DNA of 64,000 nt. Source: Saccostrea echinata. Taxonomy: Eukaryota. The position numbers and the translations under genes are program-made. Where the stretch lies: assembly GCF_033153115.1 (NCBI RefSeq), contig NW_026889794.1:4154001-4218000 (forward strand), in the 5' to 3' direction. Below the pieces are notes generated by a model that saw only the letters and a list, made by a program, of their open reading frames with translations, had not been told where the DNA came from and ran no database searches. Position 1 is the stretch's first letter; each line of letters opens with the position of its first letter. This document shows positions 62,833 through 64,000 of this stretch, piece after piece.

Positions 62833-64000
62833 ATGGATTGACAGCTTTAATATTAAGAAGTTCAATAAAAATATCAATGGAAATACCTTTGTTTTCAATT
62901 AGATTAAATTAGCATTTTGATCAAGAATATATAAATATTAATTGTCCGTATGGGTAATGCCGTTGCTATGATTAACTTAATCTTTATAGAAAAAAAAACC
63001 TATCCAAGTAAATTAGAATGCGATAGTGTCAACTAAAATAGTGAACATTTTTCTTTTACACTAAGGAACACAAATGCAATGAATCGTTTTATAAAGGATT
63101 TTGAAAAAAAAAGTCATTGTTTACCTCTCTTTTCATTGAAGTACATGCAGGTTTGTACATGGAAGTTAAATGTCCACTTACTGGGTTACTATAGCAAGAC
63201 TAGACGGACTCTGGATGATATCAGTCAATAATACTGAGTAATCATGTCAATTTAGAATTGGCACCCTTAAAGCACATGACCATCTAAGGTTATATGTTTA
63301 TATGAGCATCACCATTTCTGTTTGGTTAAAAGTAATGAGAAGATCTAGAGGAGTTTTTACTTTTATTCCTTGATGAATCAATGCACAAAAATCCTAGTTC
63401 AGTTGCATGTATACTTGTGTGTGGCTGCAGAAATGTGCTAGCGACCTTCCCATTGCTGTCAGGGCATCCTTAGTTATTGGCTTCATGGCTGACCCGGCGT
63501 CGATGAGGTCCATTAAGTTTTTCTATAAACATTTTTATTACATAGCGTGTAGTTACCCACTAGGACTATTCAAAGACATGTCTTCATTATTTTCATTCTT
63601 TATATGAATAATGGTATATGCACTGAAGAATACCATGTATCTTTATTTTTATGTGCAAATAATTTTAATTTTTCAAACATAAAAATCGTTGTTTTTCTTC
63701 TAATAGACTAAAGCATGAATCTTGGTGTAAAATTTGTCCCAATAGGTTAACATACATAAATAAAAGTAATATTTAAATTACATGCAATTCTAAGTTAGCA
63801 ATTAAGTGTTTTAATTTCTTTTTTCAATGATGTTTTATGATTTTCTTTTGGTCACAATTTGCGAAACAGACCAATTATAGTTAATCGATGTTCAGTAAAA
63901 ACAAATCATTAATGCAATCAAAACTAGTGCTAATAGTAAAAGAAACTAAATATTTGTTATTTCGTCCTAATCGCAACAATCTTTATACCTCTAGAGTGTG

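Overview
AT-rich eukaryotic DNA, almost certainly from a bivalve mollusc (oyster-like, judged from gene content and repeat families). Genes supported by the sequence, all protein-coding ones on the minus strand: (1) an intronless TENT5/FAM46 non-canonical poly(A) polymerase (20985-22214); (2) an intact tRNA-Lys(TTT) on the plus strand (24935-25007); (3) a 5-exon secreted VWA + single Cys-module protein with a long mucin-like, basic-ended tail, about 1003 aa (31725-37447, 'gene A'); (4) an 11-exon Pif-family shell-matrix protein, about 1272 aa (51091-60770, 'gene B'), with signal peptide, VWA, three Cys-rich chitin-binding-type modules, and a laminin-G domain split by an RRKR site plus a ~590 aa acidic insert. 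I built both multi-exon models by hand from GT/AG sites, and they keep frame at every junction. A further minus-strand gene may have 5' leader exons in 1-12.5 kb (weak). Intergenic and intronic DNA is dense with non-autonomous TEs: Helentron/HINE-type elements with internal satellites, TTAA-ended TIR elements, MITEs, tRNA-derived SINEs and five 3' fragments of a Penelope-like retroelement. The best candidate for an undescribed system is the tandem Pif paralogue pair with opposite-charge low-complexity regions next to TENT5. That is a hypothesis, not a demonstrated system.
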